A stretch of DNA of 64,000 nt from Yuukianura sp. NJ FZ-2021 (taxonomy: Eukaryota): NCBI GenBank assembly GCA_046563655.1, contig CM102288.1:3100001-3164000 (forward strand), given 5' to 3'. The position numbers were made by a program, and so were the translations under genes. The notes below the pieces were generated by a model. It saw only the letters and a list, made by a program, of their open reading frames with translations. It was not told where the DNA came from and did no database searches. This document shows positions 43,641-56,073 of this stretch, in pieces. Position 1 is the stretch's first letter; each line of letters starts with the position of its first letter.

Positions 43641-46409
43641 CACAACTACTACCACGACTACAACAACCACCCCTACTACAACGACCCCGACTACCACAAC
43701 CAAGCCAACTACAACTACCAAGCCAACTACGACAACCAAGCCAACTACAACTACCAAGCCAACTACGACAACAAAGCTAACTACAACTACCAAGCCAACT
43801 ACGACAACAAAGCCAACTACGACAACAAAGCCAACTACAACTACCAAGCCAACTACGACAATCAAGGCAACTACAACTACCAAGCCAACTACGACAACCA
43901 AGCGGACTACGACTACGACAACAGAACCAACTACGACTACAACCAAAACTCCAAAAGTTACTACGACACCAATACCTGGCCCAGTGACTGAAATAAAGAT
44001 TGAGACGGATCCACCGGAGGTCACTTTCGAAACACAAACAGAAGTAAGGCCTCAAGTTCCCCTTTTTCCAATTCATGAACGACATAAGTAATTTCACTTA
44101 TTTTATGTTCCACAGGAGGCCGTGGCCGTTACCCAAGAACCTCCAAAGCTTCTGTCCAAAGCAGAAGTGTATGAAATTTGTAAATTCACCAGGAACTGTT
44201 TATCCGGAACCCTGATCCAGAGAGGACAAGGACCCCAACTTCGCGTAGAGACGGAGCGAATTGCGGATCAAAAATGCGTCAACGAAAACAGTTGTGAAGT
44301 GATGCTGATGTACGGTCAACCGCGCGGTGGAATCACTTCGGCCAATGATGAGATTGTACTCGAATTGTACGGAAAAAGTGATCGTCGCAGTTGGGTCGCA
44401 GTCGGTTTCAGTTTTGATTTGATCATGGTAACTACTGCATTCTATATTTCAAGTTCTTATCGTCGAAACAGAAAACATAATTTTGCTAAAACGTTATTAG
44501 AAAGACGACTTTGTGGTGGAGTGTGTGTGGGAAGGCGGCCATCCCCAAAACGTACACCTTTACACTTCAAGGAACAGTCGCGATAATACGAAGCTTCAGA
44601 CAAGGACGAACACAAGAAACGTAAATTGTTTTACTTTTGCTTTTCAACCGAAGATTTTGAAATGGTGGTTTGCGTTACAGTCTCGCCAAGAAACGGAGTC
44701 CACAGTTCGCTTGCTTCACAAAAACCGGACGAGTGAATTTCTGTGGTGCATATTTGCTATAAAAAGGAACGTTAACCTGTTGCCACAACTCCGAAGGGTT
44801 TCCAGCCTCGACCGAACTGAATACTATCTGCTGTTTGCCCAGGGCTATCAAGATGTTACGGCGAAGGGGCATAATACTGGAACAAGTAAGTGGAACAGTG
44901 ACAGTCTTTAAAAAAAAATCAAAAACTTAGTACAACAAAAAAAAAATGCTGATTTATAGTGGGACTTTATCCTGGTCATGGTCCGAATCAGTACGCTTAC
45001 AAAAATAGGTAATCGAAACTACGAAAATTTTAAACGAAGAACGAACATCTAAACTTCAGTGAAGTTCATGCTATTTTTTTTGTTTCTTCTAGGACCAACC
45101 TGGACAACAAATTTGCAGTACGGTTTCGAATTTTTAGAACATTCAAAATGATATTTTTGACTGGTCTAATTTAATTGTAGAAATTGTGTTAATTGTTATG
45201 AACTTGTAGCCAAGTCCGCTGCAGGAGAAATTTCTATTCCTTCATGGGCATGTGATGATCTTTGCCTGGATGTTTTTCATTCCCGTTGCTAACTTCGTCG
45301 GTCGCTACTACAAAGAAACCTACCTCAACGTAAAAGTGCGTCTTCTGGGATGTCGACTATGGGTTTTTGTAAGTCTTTTTTACTACCAACTCTGAAAATT
45401 TTGACTTTTTCTGCACACCATCACTTTTAGATCCATGCAACTTGTGCCACCACTGGACTGGTTCTAATGATGATTGGCTACCTTTGTCTAACTTATGCCA
45501 AAAGGTGAGTTCTTAGTTTAGAAATTTTCAAACTAACGTTAAATTCTTGTATTTACGCAGTGACTGGGATTACGTCGGAGGGTTACGCCCGACAGCTCAT
45601 CTTTGGTAAATAATTTTGAAGTTAATTTCAACTGAACTGCGACAGCATTTATCACTCAAGTTTACAGTTTTTTAATTTTGTAGGACTGGACTGGCTGCTG
45701 GTTCGATTCTGATTACGAATGCTTATGGAGCTCTTTTTCTGGAAGGTCGTGACCCCAAGATCAAGATTCACTATCCTGAATTGATCCACGGAATTTTTGG
45801 ACATGCCACGCTCATCGCAGCCAGTAAGAAACAGTATGACATTATGTTGTGTCAAATTCTTTGAAACTTGATATCTTTTGTTTGATTTTTCAGCTTCTTG
45901 TCTCATCACGGCCAACAGAGTTTACTATTCCTTTGCTCCCTGCAGTATTTCCCTAATTGCGGGACTTTGGTTTGCAGTCTACATGATTTTTCACGTCGTG
46001 ATGTCGGTAAGTGTTATAACGATTTTTGAAATTTCAACATTTTCCAATTTGACCTTGAACTTTTCAGTTTCACTACCTTTGGGTTGATTGGGTTCTTGGA
46101 AAAACTAGTCGAATTTACTGGAGTTGCGCAACGTTTGCAGCGCGAGCACTTTTCCAAGAATACAACCAAGCTAGGGTTGAGGATGCACCGGTAAAGACAG
46201 CCAAATCAGTTAAATTTTCAAGTCGTCACCGAAATTGTGCATTGTTTTCAAAATTTTATTTCTAGGGTACTGGAGTTAGGACCAAAATCTTGATTGGATT
46301 TGTAATCGTCCAAGCCTTGTTCGCATGTCTAACGTGTGTCGTTTACCATTACTCAAAAGTTCCTTGTTATACTGTAGACCAGTATCTCAAGTTCGTCTAC
46401 ACATCGTAA
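42173..46409 (+). CDS. FRRS1/SDR2-like protein copy A: signal peptide, Cys-rich head, Thr-rich mucin stalk, DOMON, cytochrome b561
   Basis: DOMON: IVLELYG..SWVAVGFSFDLIM|KDDFVVEC, YYLLFAQG. b561: LHGHVMIFAWMFF..GRYYK, IHA, AHL, IHG (four His) and C-terminal DAPG. ATG 42173, TAA 46407-46409. Confidence 0.88.
43600..43975 (+). repeat. Coding mucin repeat of copy A: (ACT)n then 18-bp KPTTTT units
   Basis: Directly visible in sequence and in ORF 43228..44091. Confidence 0.95.
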
Positions 46410-47277
46410 AAAAAGTTTTAAATATTTGATTACTAATGTAAAAATAAACACCAACGTCAAAGCTAATTGGATCTCATTTCCCCTTTTTAAAGTGATGGAT
46501 TCTTGTATCACTGTCTTGCTGATCCAAAAACAGTTGAACACGGCATGCATGATCATCCAAATTTGGAATATGAACGATTGATATTTGACCTCTGTCGTGG
46601 ACGAAACGAAATTCCATAAAACGAAGTGTTTTACTGGACAAATAACTTATAGGCAAGGAGTATTTCTTGGATTGGCTCCCGCCACAAAAAAATGGCGGGA
46701 AAAATTGGCTTTGAAATTTCAAAGTTGTCCGGTCATATTGTTTTTATGACAAAGAATTTCCAACTTCTTGAAGAAACTGTGCAGTGAAAGTTTTCAGTTC
46801 TGTTCATGCAAGTGAACGGCCGGCTTTTCTCGATAACGGGTAACGCAGTAGACATGTAACCGAAGTTAAAAAACCAGACCCATCATTTGCATGAACAGAA
46901 CTTAAAACTTTCACTTTCTTGAAATTTGCTTTGCAATTTGCAAAGTACTCGACCAACATTTTTTCAAACGTTGTTATATTAACCGCTTTACCTAAAAGTC
47001 TGACTGAAACTCCAAATTGTTTATTTACTGGTTTGAAACGTCGTCGGACCGGGACGTGTCTTGGTTTCATGCGACACTTCTCCTCGTTCCTCCTCGTCCA
47101 GCTCCAGGTCAAGACCAACGAGTGCAACTTCCAAGGAAAGAAACCGGGTAATTGAGCCTCAAGTAATTCCTCAATTTAGCAAGAATTCCTGATAGGTAAC
47201 TTTGGGTATTACTAAACATTTTGTGCGTTTCAGGGATCGAAAGCTACTTCTTTGCAGAATAGAAGCGAGCAGACGTG

Positions 47278-48708
47278 ATGGGATCCAGTGGAATATCCCG
47301 GACACTGCTGCAACATTGGCTTTTCCTCCTAATATTTCAAGTGCCGTCAATTGTTCAAGTAGTCGCACATCGATTTCAACAATGTGGCGGTCAAGATAGT
47401 GATTCGTGTAGAGATCCTCCAGACTGGCAATGGAGGGCATGTCATATCAACGACATTGACCATCCAACGGAGACACGAAAAAGCCGGATGTGCAGGCCAT
47501 TTATGGTGGAACCGCCCTTGACGAGACAAGCACGGTTCATGGTAGCTGGTAGTGCTGAACGTGTTTGGAAAGATCCATGTCTGCAATTCGAGGCTTATCC
47601 GGCTGGCCTTTACAACGATCAAATTGGGATAACTATTAGCTACACTTTAGACCCTGCAAAACGAAAAGACTGTGAAGCACAAAAAAACTATAAAATACTT
47701 CGGATCGCTATGATGGGGATGCACGAAGGCTTTCCATGTGGGCGTTTCGTTGCACCATTTCCGTCATATACTCCTCTGAAATACGGCAATAAACAATTCT
47801 ACTACGACTCGGACTCGGACGGAAGGTATGTTGGTGCTCGTGACGAGTCATGTAACGACTTTTCGAAGGATCCGATTCGAGGGAAACATTGTACATGTTT
47901 GGCCGGAGACACATCGGATCCCCGTAGACCGTGGTTTAACAACGACTCTCTGTATCCACCAATTCAAATTATCGAGTGTCCCTCTGCAACAGAGGAAGTA
48001 GAAAAGTCAAAAAATGTTAACCACTACAATTACACGGTTAATATGCGTTCCTTTGAAAATCACTAGGCTAAATTCCAGAAAAAATAGAAGCTTTTAATCT
48101 TTGTGTTTTTTTCTGTAGCACGTAGTCCCAGCACCCAACATGATCGAGATAGATATGACCAGATATCCACTCCAGCCTGGATACGACCTGAAGAGTGGGC
48201 CGGACTACAGCAATTCCAATTTCGGTTTCGATCTCTTGTACTACTTCCACAAAGTGCCATTTTCTATTGATCCTAAGAAGTTACCCACTGACAATGTTCC
48301 AGAGCGGAGGATACTCATTACGTAAGCATCCAACACGATAAATCGTAACCTATTATTAATTTCCGTCGAACTTTCCTTGTTCACACTTTCCCGTTTTATT
48401 CTGTGTTTACAGAGCCGAAGTATACATGAATGTTAATGGAGTTGATACGATTACGTACTTCTGTGGCGGAGAGTTTCGGTTCGACCCAACTGACTACGAT
48501 CTCATACAAAAGTATAGAAAACTTCCAATTCCCAAAACGATCAACAAATGCGGAAATGTTGATTTCATTAACGGCAAGTCTGACTTTACGGTTGATCCGT
48601 TTCGTATTTCATTCCCTCATCCAAACCTGCGTGAAGGCTATGTCACAGACATTGAAAATCTCAAGCCAGAGTTCAATATTTCGTTTGATACCGACCTGCT
48701 TCCTAAAC

Positions 48709-48745
<37 letters not shown>

Positions 48746-51700
48746 CACAACTAGCACTACAACCACGCCGACTACGACAAAGCCAACCACAACAACTACG
48801 CAAACCACAACTACGCCAACCACAACTACGCCGACTACGACAACAAAGCCAACCACCACAACTTCGCCGACTACGACAACAAAGCCAACCACAACAACTA
48901 CAACATCTACGTCGACGACAACAACCACCCCGACTACAACAACCCCGACTACAACAACCACCCCGACTACAACAACAACTCCGACTACGACAACAATGCC
49001 AACAACAACTACGCCGACTACGACAACAAAGCCAACCACAACAACTACGCCGACTACGACAACAAAGCCAACCACAACAACTACGCCGACTACGACAACA
49101 AAGCCAACCACAACAACTACGCCGACTACGACAACAAAGCCAACCACAACAACTACGCCGACTACGACAACAAAGCCAACCACTACAACTACGCCGACTA
49201 CGACAACAAAGCCAACCACTACAACTACGCCGACTACGACAACAAAGCCAACCACTACAACTACGCCGACTACGACAACAAAGCCAACCACAACAACTAC
49301 GCCGACTACGACAACAAAGCCAACCACAAGTACTACAACTACGCCGACTACAACTACCAAGCCAACTACTACAACTACCAAGCCAACTACGACAACTACC
49401 AAGCCAACTACGACAACTACCAAGCCAACTACAACCACCCCGACTACTACAACAACAAAGCCAATTACAACTACCAAGCGGACTACAACTACGACAACAG
49501 AACCAACTACGACTACAACCAAAACTCCTAAAGTTACTACGACACCAATACCTGGCCCAGTGACTGAAATAAAGATTGAGACGGATCCACCGGAGGTCAC
49601 TTTCGAAACACAAACAGAAGTAAGGCCTCAAGTTCCCCTTTTCCAATTCATGAACGACATAAGTAATTTGACTTATTTGTTCCACAGGAGGCCGTGCCCG
49701 TGACTCAGGAACCTCCAAAGCTTCTGTCCAAAGCAGAAGTGTATGAAATTTGTAAGTTCACCAGGAACTGTTTATCCGGAACCTTGATCCAGAGAGGACA
49801 TGGACACCAACTTCGCGTAGAGACGGAGCGAATTGCGGATCAAAAATGCGTCAACGAAAACAGTTGTGAAGTGATGCTAATGTACGGTCAACCGCGGGCT
49901 GGAATCACTTCGGCTAATGATGAGATTGTACTCGAATTGTACGGAAAAAGTGATCGTCGCAGTTGGGTCGCAGTCGGTTTCAGTTTTGATTTGATCATGG
50001 TGCTACTGCATTCTATATTTCTAAGTTTTTATCGTCGAAACAGAAAACATAATTTTGCTAAAACGTTTTTAGAAAGACGACTTTGTGGTGGAGTGTGTGT
50101 GGGAAGGCGGCCATCCCCAAAACGTACACCTTTACACTTCAAGGAACAGTCGTGATAATACTAAGCTTCAGGCGCGCATGAACACAAGAAACGTAAATTG
50201 TTTTACTTTTAGTTTTCAACCGAAGATTTTGAAATGGTGTTTTACGTTACAGTCTCGCCAAGAAACGGAGTCCACAGTTCGCTTGCTTCACAAAAACCGG
50301 ACGAGTGAATTTCTGTGGTGCATATTTGCTATAAAAAGGGACGTTAACCTGTTGCCGCACATCCGAAGGGTTTCCAGGCTCGACCGAACTGAATACTATC
50401 TGTTGTTTGCCCAGGGCTATCAAGATGTTACTGCGAAGGGGCATAATACTGGAACAAGTAAGTGGAACAGTGACAGTCTTTAAAAAAAATCAAAAACTTA
50501 GTACAACAAAAAAAAATTGTTGATTTATAGTGGGACTTTATCCTGGTCATGGTCCGAATCAGTACGCTTACAAAAATAGGTAATCGAAACTACGAAAATT
50601 TTAAACGAACGAACATCTAAACTTCAGTGAAGTTCATGCTATTTTTTTTTGTTTCTTCTAGGACCAACCTGGACAACAAATTTGCAGTACGGTTTCGAAT
50701 TTTTAGAACATTCAAAATGATATTTTTGACTGGTCTAATTTAATTGTAGAAATTGTGTTAATTGTTATGAACTTGTAGCCAAGTCCGCTGCAGGAGAAAT
50801 TTCTATTCCTTCATGGGCATGTGATGATCTTTGCCTGGATGTTTTTCATTCCTGTTGCTAACTTCGTCGGTCGCTACTACAAAGAAACCTACCTCAACGT
50901 TAAAGTGCGTCTTCTGGGATGTCGACTATGGGTTTTCGTAAGTCTTTTTTACTACCAACTCTGAAAATTTAGACTTTTTCTGCTACACCATCACTTTTAG
51001 ATTCATGCAACTTGTGCCACCACTGGGCTGGTTCTAATGATGATTGGCTACCTTTGTCTAACTTATGCCAAAAGGTGAGTTCTTAGTTTAGAAATTTTCA
51101 AACTAGCGTTAAATTCTGGCATTTACGCAGTGACTGGGATTACGTTGGAGGGTTACGCCCGACAGCTCATCTTTGGTAAATAATTTTGAAGCTAATTTGT
51201 ACTTTACTGCGACAACATTTATCACTCAAGTTTAAAATTTTAATTTTGTAGGACTGGACTGGCTGCTGGTTCGATTCTGATTACGAATGCTTATGGAGCT
51301 CTTTTTCTGGAAGGTCGTGACCCCAAGATCAAGATTCACTATCCTGAATTGATCCATGGAATTTTTGGACATGCCACGCTCATCGCAGCCAGTAAGAAAC
51401 AGTATGACATTATGTTGTGCCAAATTCATTGAAACTTGATATCTTTTGTTTGATTTTTCAGCTGCTTGTCTCATCACGGCCAACAGAGTTTACTATTCCT
51501 TTGCTCCCTGCAGTATTTCCCTAATTTCGGGACTTTGGTTTGCAGTCTACATGATTTTTCACGTCGTGATGTCGGTAAGTGTTATAACGATTTTTGAAAT
51601 TTCAACATTTTCCAATTTGACCTTGAACTTTTCAGTTTCACTACCTTTGGGTTGATTGGGTTCTTGGAAAAACTAGTCGAATTTACTGGAGTTGCGCAAC

Positions 51701-51977
51701 GTTTGCAGCGCGAGCACTTTTCCAAGAATACAACCAAGCTAGGGTTGAGGATGCACCGGTAAAGACAGCCAAATCAGTTAAATTTTCAAGTCGTCACCGA
51801 AATTGTGCATTGTTTTCAAAATTTGATTTCTAGGGTACTGGAGTTAGGACCAAAATCTTGATTGGATTTGTAATCGTCCAAGCCTTGTTCGCATGTCTAA
51901 CGTCTCTCGTTTACCATTACTCAAAAGTTCCCTGTTATACCGTAGACCAGTATCTCAAATTCGTCTACACATCGTGA
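47278..51977 (+). CDS. FRRS1/SDR2-like protein copy B (same architecture, longer mucin stalk)
   Basis: Colinear exons with copy A; ATG 47278, TGA 51975-51977. No exonic frameshift was seen. Confidence 0.88.
48708..49550 (+). repeat. Coding mucin repeat of copy B: (ACT)n then about 9 near-identical 36-bp TPTTTTKPTTTT units
   Basis: Unit ACGCCGACTACGACAACAAAGCCAACCAC(A/T)ACAACT repeated at about 49011-49330. Confidence 0.95.
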
Positions 51978-52394
51978 AAGAAGTTTTAGATATTTGATTA
52001 CTAATTTAAAATTTAACTTCAACGTGTTAAGCTAATTGGATCTCATTTCCACTTTTTAAAGTGATGGATTCTTGTGTCACTTTCGTGCTCTATATCTGTC
52101 TATCTATATTTTCTGTAGAGTTCTAAGTTAAGTGTCCTCCAATCGCGTTTGCAAAAAATTTGGCCATGACCCTCGTTGCAAATTTCGCAATTTTTTGGAT
52201 ATGAGGTGAATGGGAACAAGACGAACGGAAAATCTTAGTTTGGGGAAGAAGCTAATGCTAAACTGAGGTTTGACTTTGTGAATTTAATTTTTGCAAGCTC
52301 AAGTCACTTTTACAAAGAAACGAGCTCAAAATTTCGAAGGAGCTTTTTCATTTAAAAAAAAATCCACCAAATAAAAACAGGAATTCAGTTAAAA

Positions 52395-55300
52395 ATGGCC
52401 GAAAAGTGGGTAATAGGCAACAGAATTCTGGTGGAAGGAAAAATTCAACCAGCGCGAATCAGAATTCGGAATGGAAAAATTTGCGAAATTCACTTGGGGG
52501 ATCACAGTGAAGCAGGGACATTTGAAAACGTAAAAATTTTAGAATGACGACTGATTTTAGAAATGTGGGTTAACTTAAATTTGAATCATTCCTAGGTGAT
52601 ATACACTGGAAACAAAGTGGTCATGGCTGCTCTAGTTGACTCTCATGTCGTAAGATTCAGTTCATAAAAATCCGAAACTCCATATTTGAACAACCGAAAA
52701 TAGACATTTTCAGTTTTTTGAAATTTTGATTTTGATTTTTTTTTGAAACGTTGCAGCATGTTAACGAACCTGGAAGGACAGAATGGGAGGGCTACTATAC
52801 TGCGACGAGAGCAGCCGTAAATTACTGATTAAGATTAGGATGGACAGATTCGCTTAAACGCAATATCCCATAAGACTTCTGGTGCATCTCCTGTATGATT
52901 GGTTAGGCGCTCAAAAAACTACGACCACACTTTTCGCAGTAGCACACGCTGATGATCAAAACATCGGACAGCTAGGTGACGAAAACAATACCCTTCGTCC
53001 AGAAAACTTAGGTTTTCCGGAAAATGTTTCTGAAATCCTCGGGAAAACCCAGAAAAACTAGGTTTTCTGGGCGAAGAGTACTCTTTTCGTCACCTACTTG
53101 TCCGATGTTTTGCTGATCAGCGTGTGCTAATGCGAAAAGTGTGGTCGTAGTTTTTTGAGCGCCTAACCAATCATTCAGAAAATGCACCAGAAGATTGGGT
53201 CAGAGTTCACGAATTTCTTGTTTACAATTTATTATTTCGCATTACGTCACTAAGAGTTGGGGCGACCTGAGAATTGAGTCTCAGAAGTGGCTCATCCACT
53301 TCGCCATATCCATTTAGAAAAACCCGCGAAGGAGCGTCAAATTTGAAATCCAACGCAGTGATTCGCAAGTTAGAATGAGTTGTGCAAAATTTCAATCGTT
53401 AAGAATCCACCCGTCCGGGTTTTGCATGATTACGTAATGTGGCATTTCTCAATTCTCAGTCGTTGCCATGTCTACAAAACGTTATTTGGCGTTATTTTTA
53501 TTGACCTGCTGTCTCCCCTTAATGAGAATTAATCATNNNNNNNNNNNNNNNNNNNNNNNNNNNNNNNNNNNNNNNNNNNNNNNNNNNNNNNNNNNNNNNN
53601 NNNNNNNNNNNNNNNNNNNNNNNNNNNNNNNNNNNNATTAATTTTTAATCATTTTCTATATTATATTTAAGGTGTGCGGACACCCTGGAAACTGGGGGTC
53701 AAAATGCCGCTGTAACACATGAAATGAAAAATGATGTGGGACATCGTAGAAAGGTCGTACAATGACCCACAATATATCAAACTTTAGGAAAAGACTTGAT
53801 CTAGTTTCTCGCTAAAAAAAATTACAAAGTTTTAGTTCCATCTATGTAAATATGGAGGTGGAATGTTTGGGTCCATTTTTTTTACAGTTACAACTAAAAT
53901 TTTGTAATTTTTTTTTAGCGAGAAACTAGATCAAGTCTTTTCCTAAAGTTTGATATATTGTGGGTCATTGTACGACATTCCTACGCTGACCCAGACCGTT
54001 TTTCAATTTCAATGTCGCAGCCTCAGAAAAATTGTTGACGAAACCCAGACGACGGCAACCGAACTTGTGTCAGTATTTTGTTTGTTTGAAAGTGCATACT
54101 TTTTTTGATCATCTTTGCACTGATCCTTTTTCACCACTCACGATCGTGTTTCTTTTTGTCGATGTCTGCATCTTTTACTAACTGCACAAGCTCGGTTATC
54201 GTGGTTACTAAATTTAACGATTATTGTTTATTAGACGCATAACACACGTCCTTAATATCGTTTTCTTAAATTTCAGGCTGCCGGAGGCGTTGCAGCAATC
54301 ATTGACATGCCTTTGTATGTTTACTCTGGTTTTGTTTTCAAAATTTTGTTTGTTTTTTTTTCCAAAATTTCTTACCTTTTACAGAAATTCGATTCCACCG
54401 ACGACGACTGTTGCAAATTTTGAGACCAAACTGAACTCGACAGCTGGAAAATGTTTCGTCGATGTTGGATTTTGGGGTGGCGTGGTTCCAAACAACGCTG
54501 TACGTTGAACACACAATTTAAAATTGAAAAATTTCCTAAACTCGAATTTTTAAATTTTGAAAATCTTGTAGGACGAGCTGAAGCTACTAGTTGACAAAGG
54601 AGTGGTGGGTTTCAAATGTTTTTTAATCCACAGCGGAGTCGATGAATTTCCGTGTGTGGATGAATCGCAAGTGGATTTGGCATTGTCCAGGCTCAAAGGA
54701 ACTGGAAGTCTGCTTGCGGTTAGCAGACTCTGCAAAAAATTAGCACAAATTGTAACTTTTCCTGAAAAAAATATCAATTTTTGAAATTTTATTTAGTTTC
54801 ATGCTGAAGTGGAAACGGAAGTATCATCGGAAGCTTTGAACGGAAACAAAACCATTTATGAAACTTTTCTGAAATCGCGTCCACCGCAAATGGAATTCAG
54901 TGCAATCCAATTGGTTGATCGACTTTGTCGAAAACACGAGTAATCCAACTTCTCAAAAAAAAAAAATGAAAAACAAAATTTTTAAAACTTTTACTTTCTG
55001 TTTTTAGAAACGTTCGATGCCACATTGTACACTTATCAGCCGCAGATGCATTGCCGATCATTTCCGATTTAAAACGATCTGGATACCCGCTGACGGTAGA
55101 AACTTGTCCACACTATTTGACCTTGGACGAATCCGAAATTGGTCCGTGTCGAACCGACTACAAATGCTGTCCACCCATTCGAGATTCGAAAAATCAAGAT
55201 GCTTTGTGGGAAGGACTTCGTACAGGCTTGATCGATTTAATAGTTTCTGACCACTCTCCGTGTACCGCTGAACTTAAACGGCCCGGTGAACTGGACTTCA

Positions 55301-55836
55301 TGGCAGCTTGGGGAGGAATTGCTTCGGTTCAATTTGGTATATATAAAAAAAAAACTTTTCTTTTCAAAAAAGAAAGCTTGAAAAAGAAGTTTTCTCAAAA
55401 ATTTGAAATTTTAATTTACAGGTTTGTCAATTATTTGGACCAACGCCAGCCGTCGAGGATTCACTCTAACTGATATTTCTCACTGGATGTGCGAAAATCC
55501 AGCTAAACTTGCAGGCCTTGGAAAGGTCAAAGGTCAAATCGCGATTGGATTTGACGCTGACTTTGTCATTTGGGATCCGGAGGAACAAGTTTCAATTTCC
55601 GACAATGCAATTCATCACAAGAATAAGGTAAAACATTATAAAATTTTTAAAAATTTTTAAAATCTAAAAATTGTTTGACCTTTTAGGTGACGCCTTACAA
55701 GGGGAAGCAACTCAAAGGAAAAATTCATCAGACCATTTTGCGAGGCGAAGTAATTTATGACCTTGGGAAATTCTCGGAACCAAAAGGCCAACTTTTACTG
55801 CTCACCAAACTTCAATCGACAGGTCAAGGTCAGTAA
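52395..55836 (+). CDS. Allantoinase (amidohydrolase superfamily), multi-exon
   Basis: [78 protein letters not shown] and [11 protein letters not shown]. Confidence 0.96.
52876..53193. mobile_element. Fold-back / MITE-like inverted repeat with about 135-bp arms in allantoinase intron 3
   Basis: Left arm CTTCTGGTGCAT..TGATTGGTTAGGCGCTCAAAAAACTACGACCACACTTTTCGCA (52876-53011) is mirrored by 53058-53193. Confidence 0.8.
53537..53636. other. Assembly gap (100 N)
   Basis: Run of n. Confidence 1.
53709..54021. mobile_element. Second, unrelated fold-back / MITE-like inverted repeat in allantoinase intron 3
   Basis: GTCGTACAATGACCCACAATATATCAAACTTTAGGAAAAGACTTGATCTAGTTTCTCGCT (from 53754) is mirrored almost perfectly at 53891-53976, with degenerate outer arms to 53709 and 54021. 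Confidence 0.8.
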
Positions 55837-56073
55837 ATCTCGAGCTGTTAATTTAGTAAATCTAACAAAAGAGTGTTAAGAATAAATTAAAACGTCAGTA
55901 GTGAAATGACAAGTCTCACAATAAGTTTGACGACGGTGGTGATGAGATTGCGCTAAAAAGTGGAAGGAGCCATCATGCATAAAGCAGTAACAAGCGACAG
56001 GTCAAAGGTCAACAAAGTGTTGTAACACTTCAAAATACAAATATTGTAGCCGTTGTGTGTGATTCAAATCGCT

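Larger units (their letters stand above)
41410..52090 (+). repeat. Direct tandem duplication, units about 41410-46510 and 46510-52090
   Basis: Promoter, UTRs, exons and introns are colinear and mostly near-identical, e.g. TGCATGATCATCCAAATTTGGAATATGAA at about 41448 and 46547 and the 3' ends at about 46400-46510 and 51970-52085. Boundaries are approximate. Confidence 0.95.

Noticed and set aside
46804..47155. ORFs upstream of FRRS1-like copy B (46804..47127 minus, 46919..47155 plus)
   Set aside because: The paralogous region in copy A has indels, stops and a transposon insertion; behaves as 5'UTR/promoter.
49620..49690. Apparent frameshift between FRRS1-like copies (PLFPIHERHK* vs PLFQFMND...)
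   Set aside because: The 1-nt difference lies inside an intron (donor GAA|GTAAGG, acceptor CCACAG|GAG), so both copies stay in frame.
43530..49718. Long Val-rich, Gln/Arg/Leu-rich and Cys/Arg/Ser-rich ORFs in the track (43530..44024, 48430..49563, 48609..49718, 48638..49600)
   Set aside because: Antisense or alternate-frame shadows of the Thr-codon mucin repeats, which lack stop codons in those frames.
33758..55836. Purine synthesis (GART) and purine catabolism (allantoinase) genes within about 15 kb as a metabolic cluster
   Set aside because: Separated by unrelated genes with no shared arrangement; proximity is unremarkable at this gene density.
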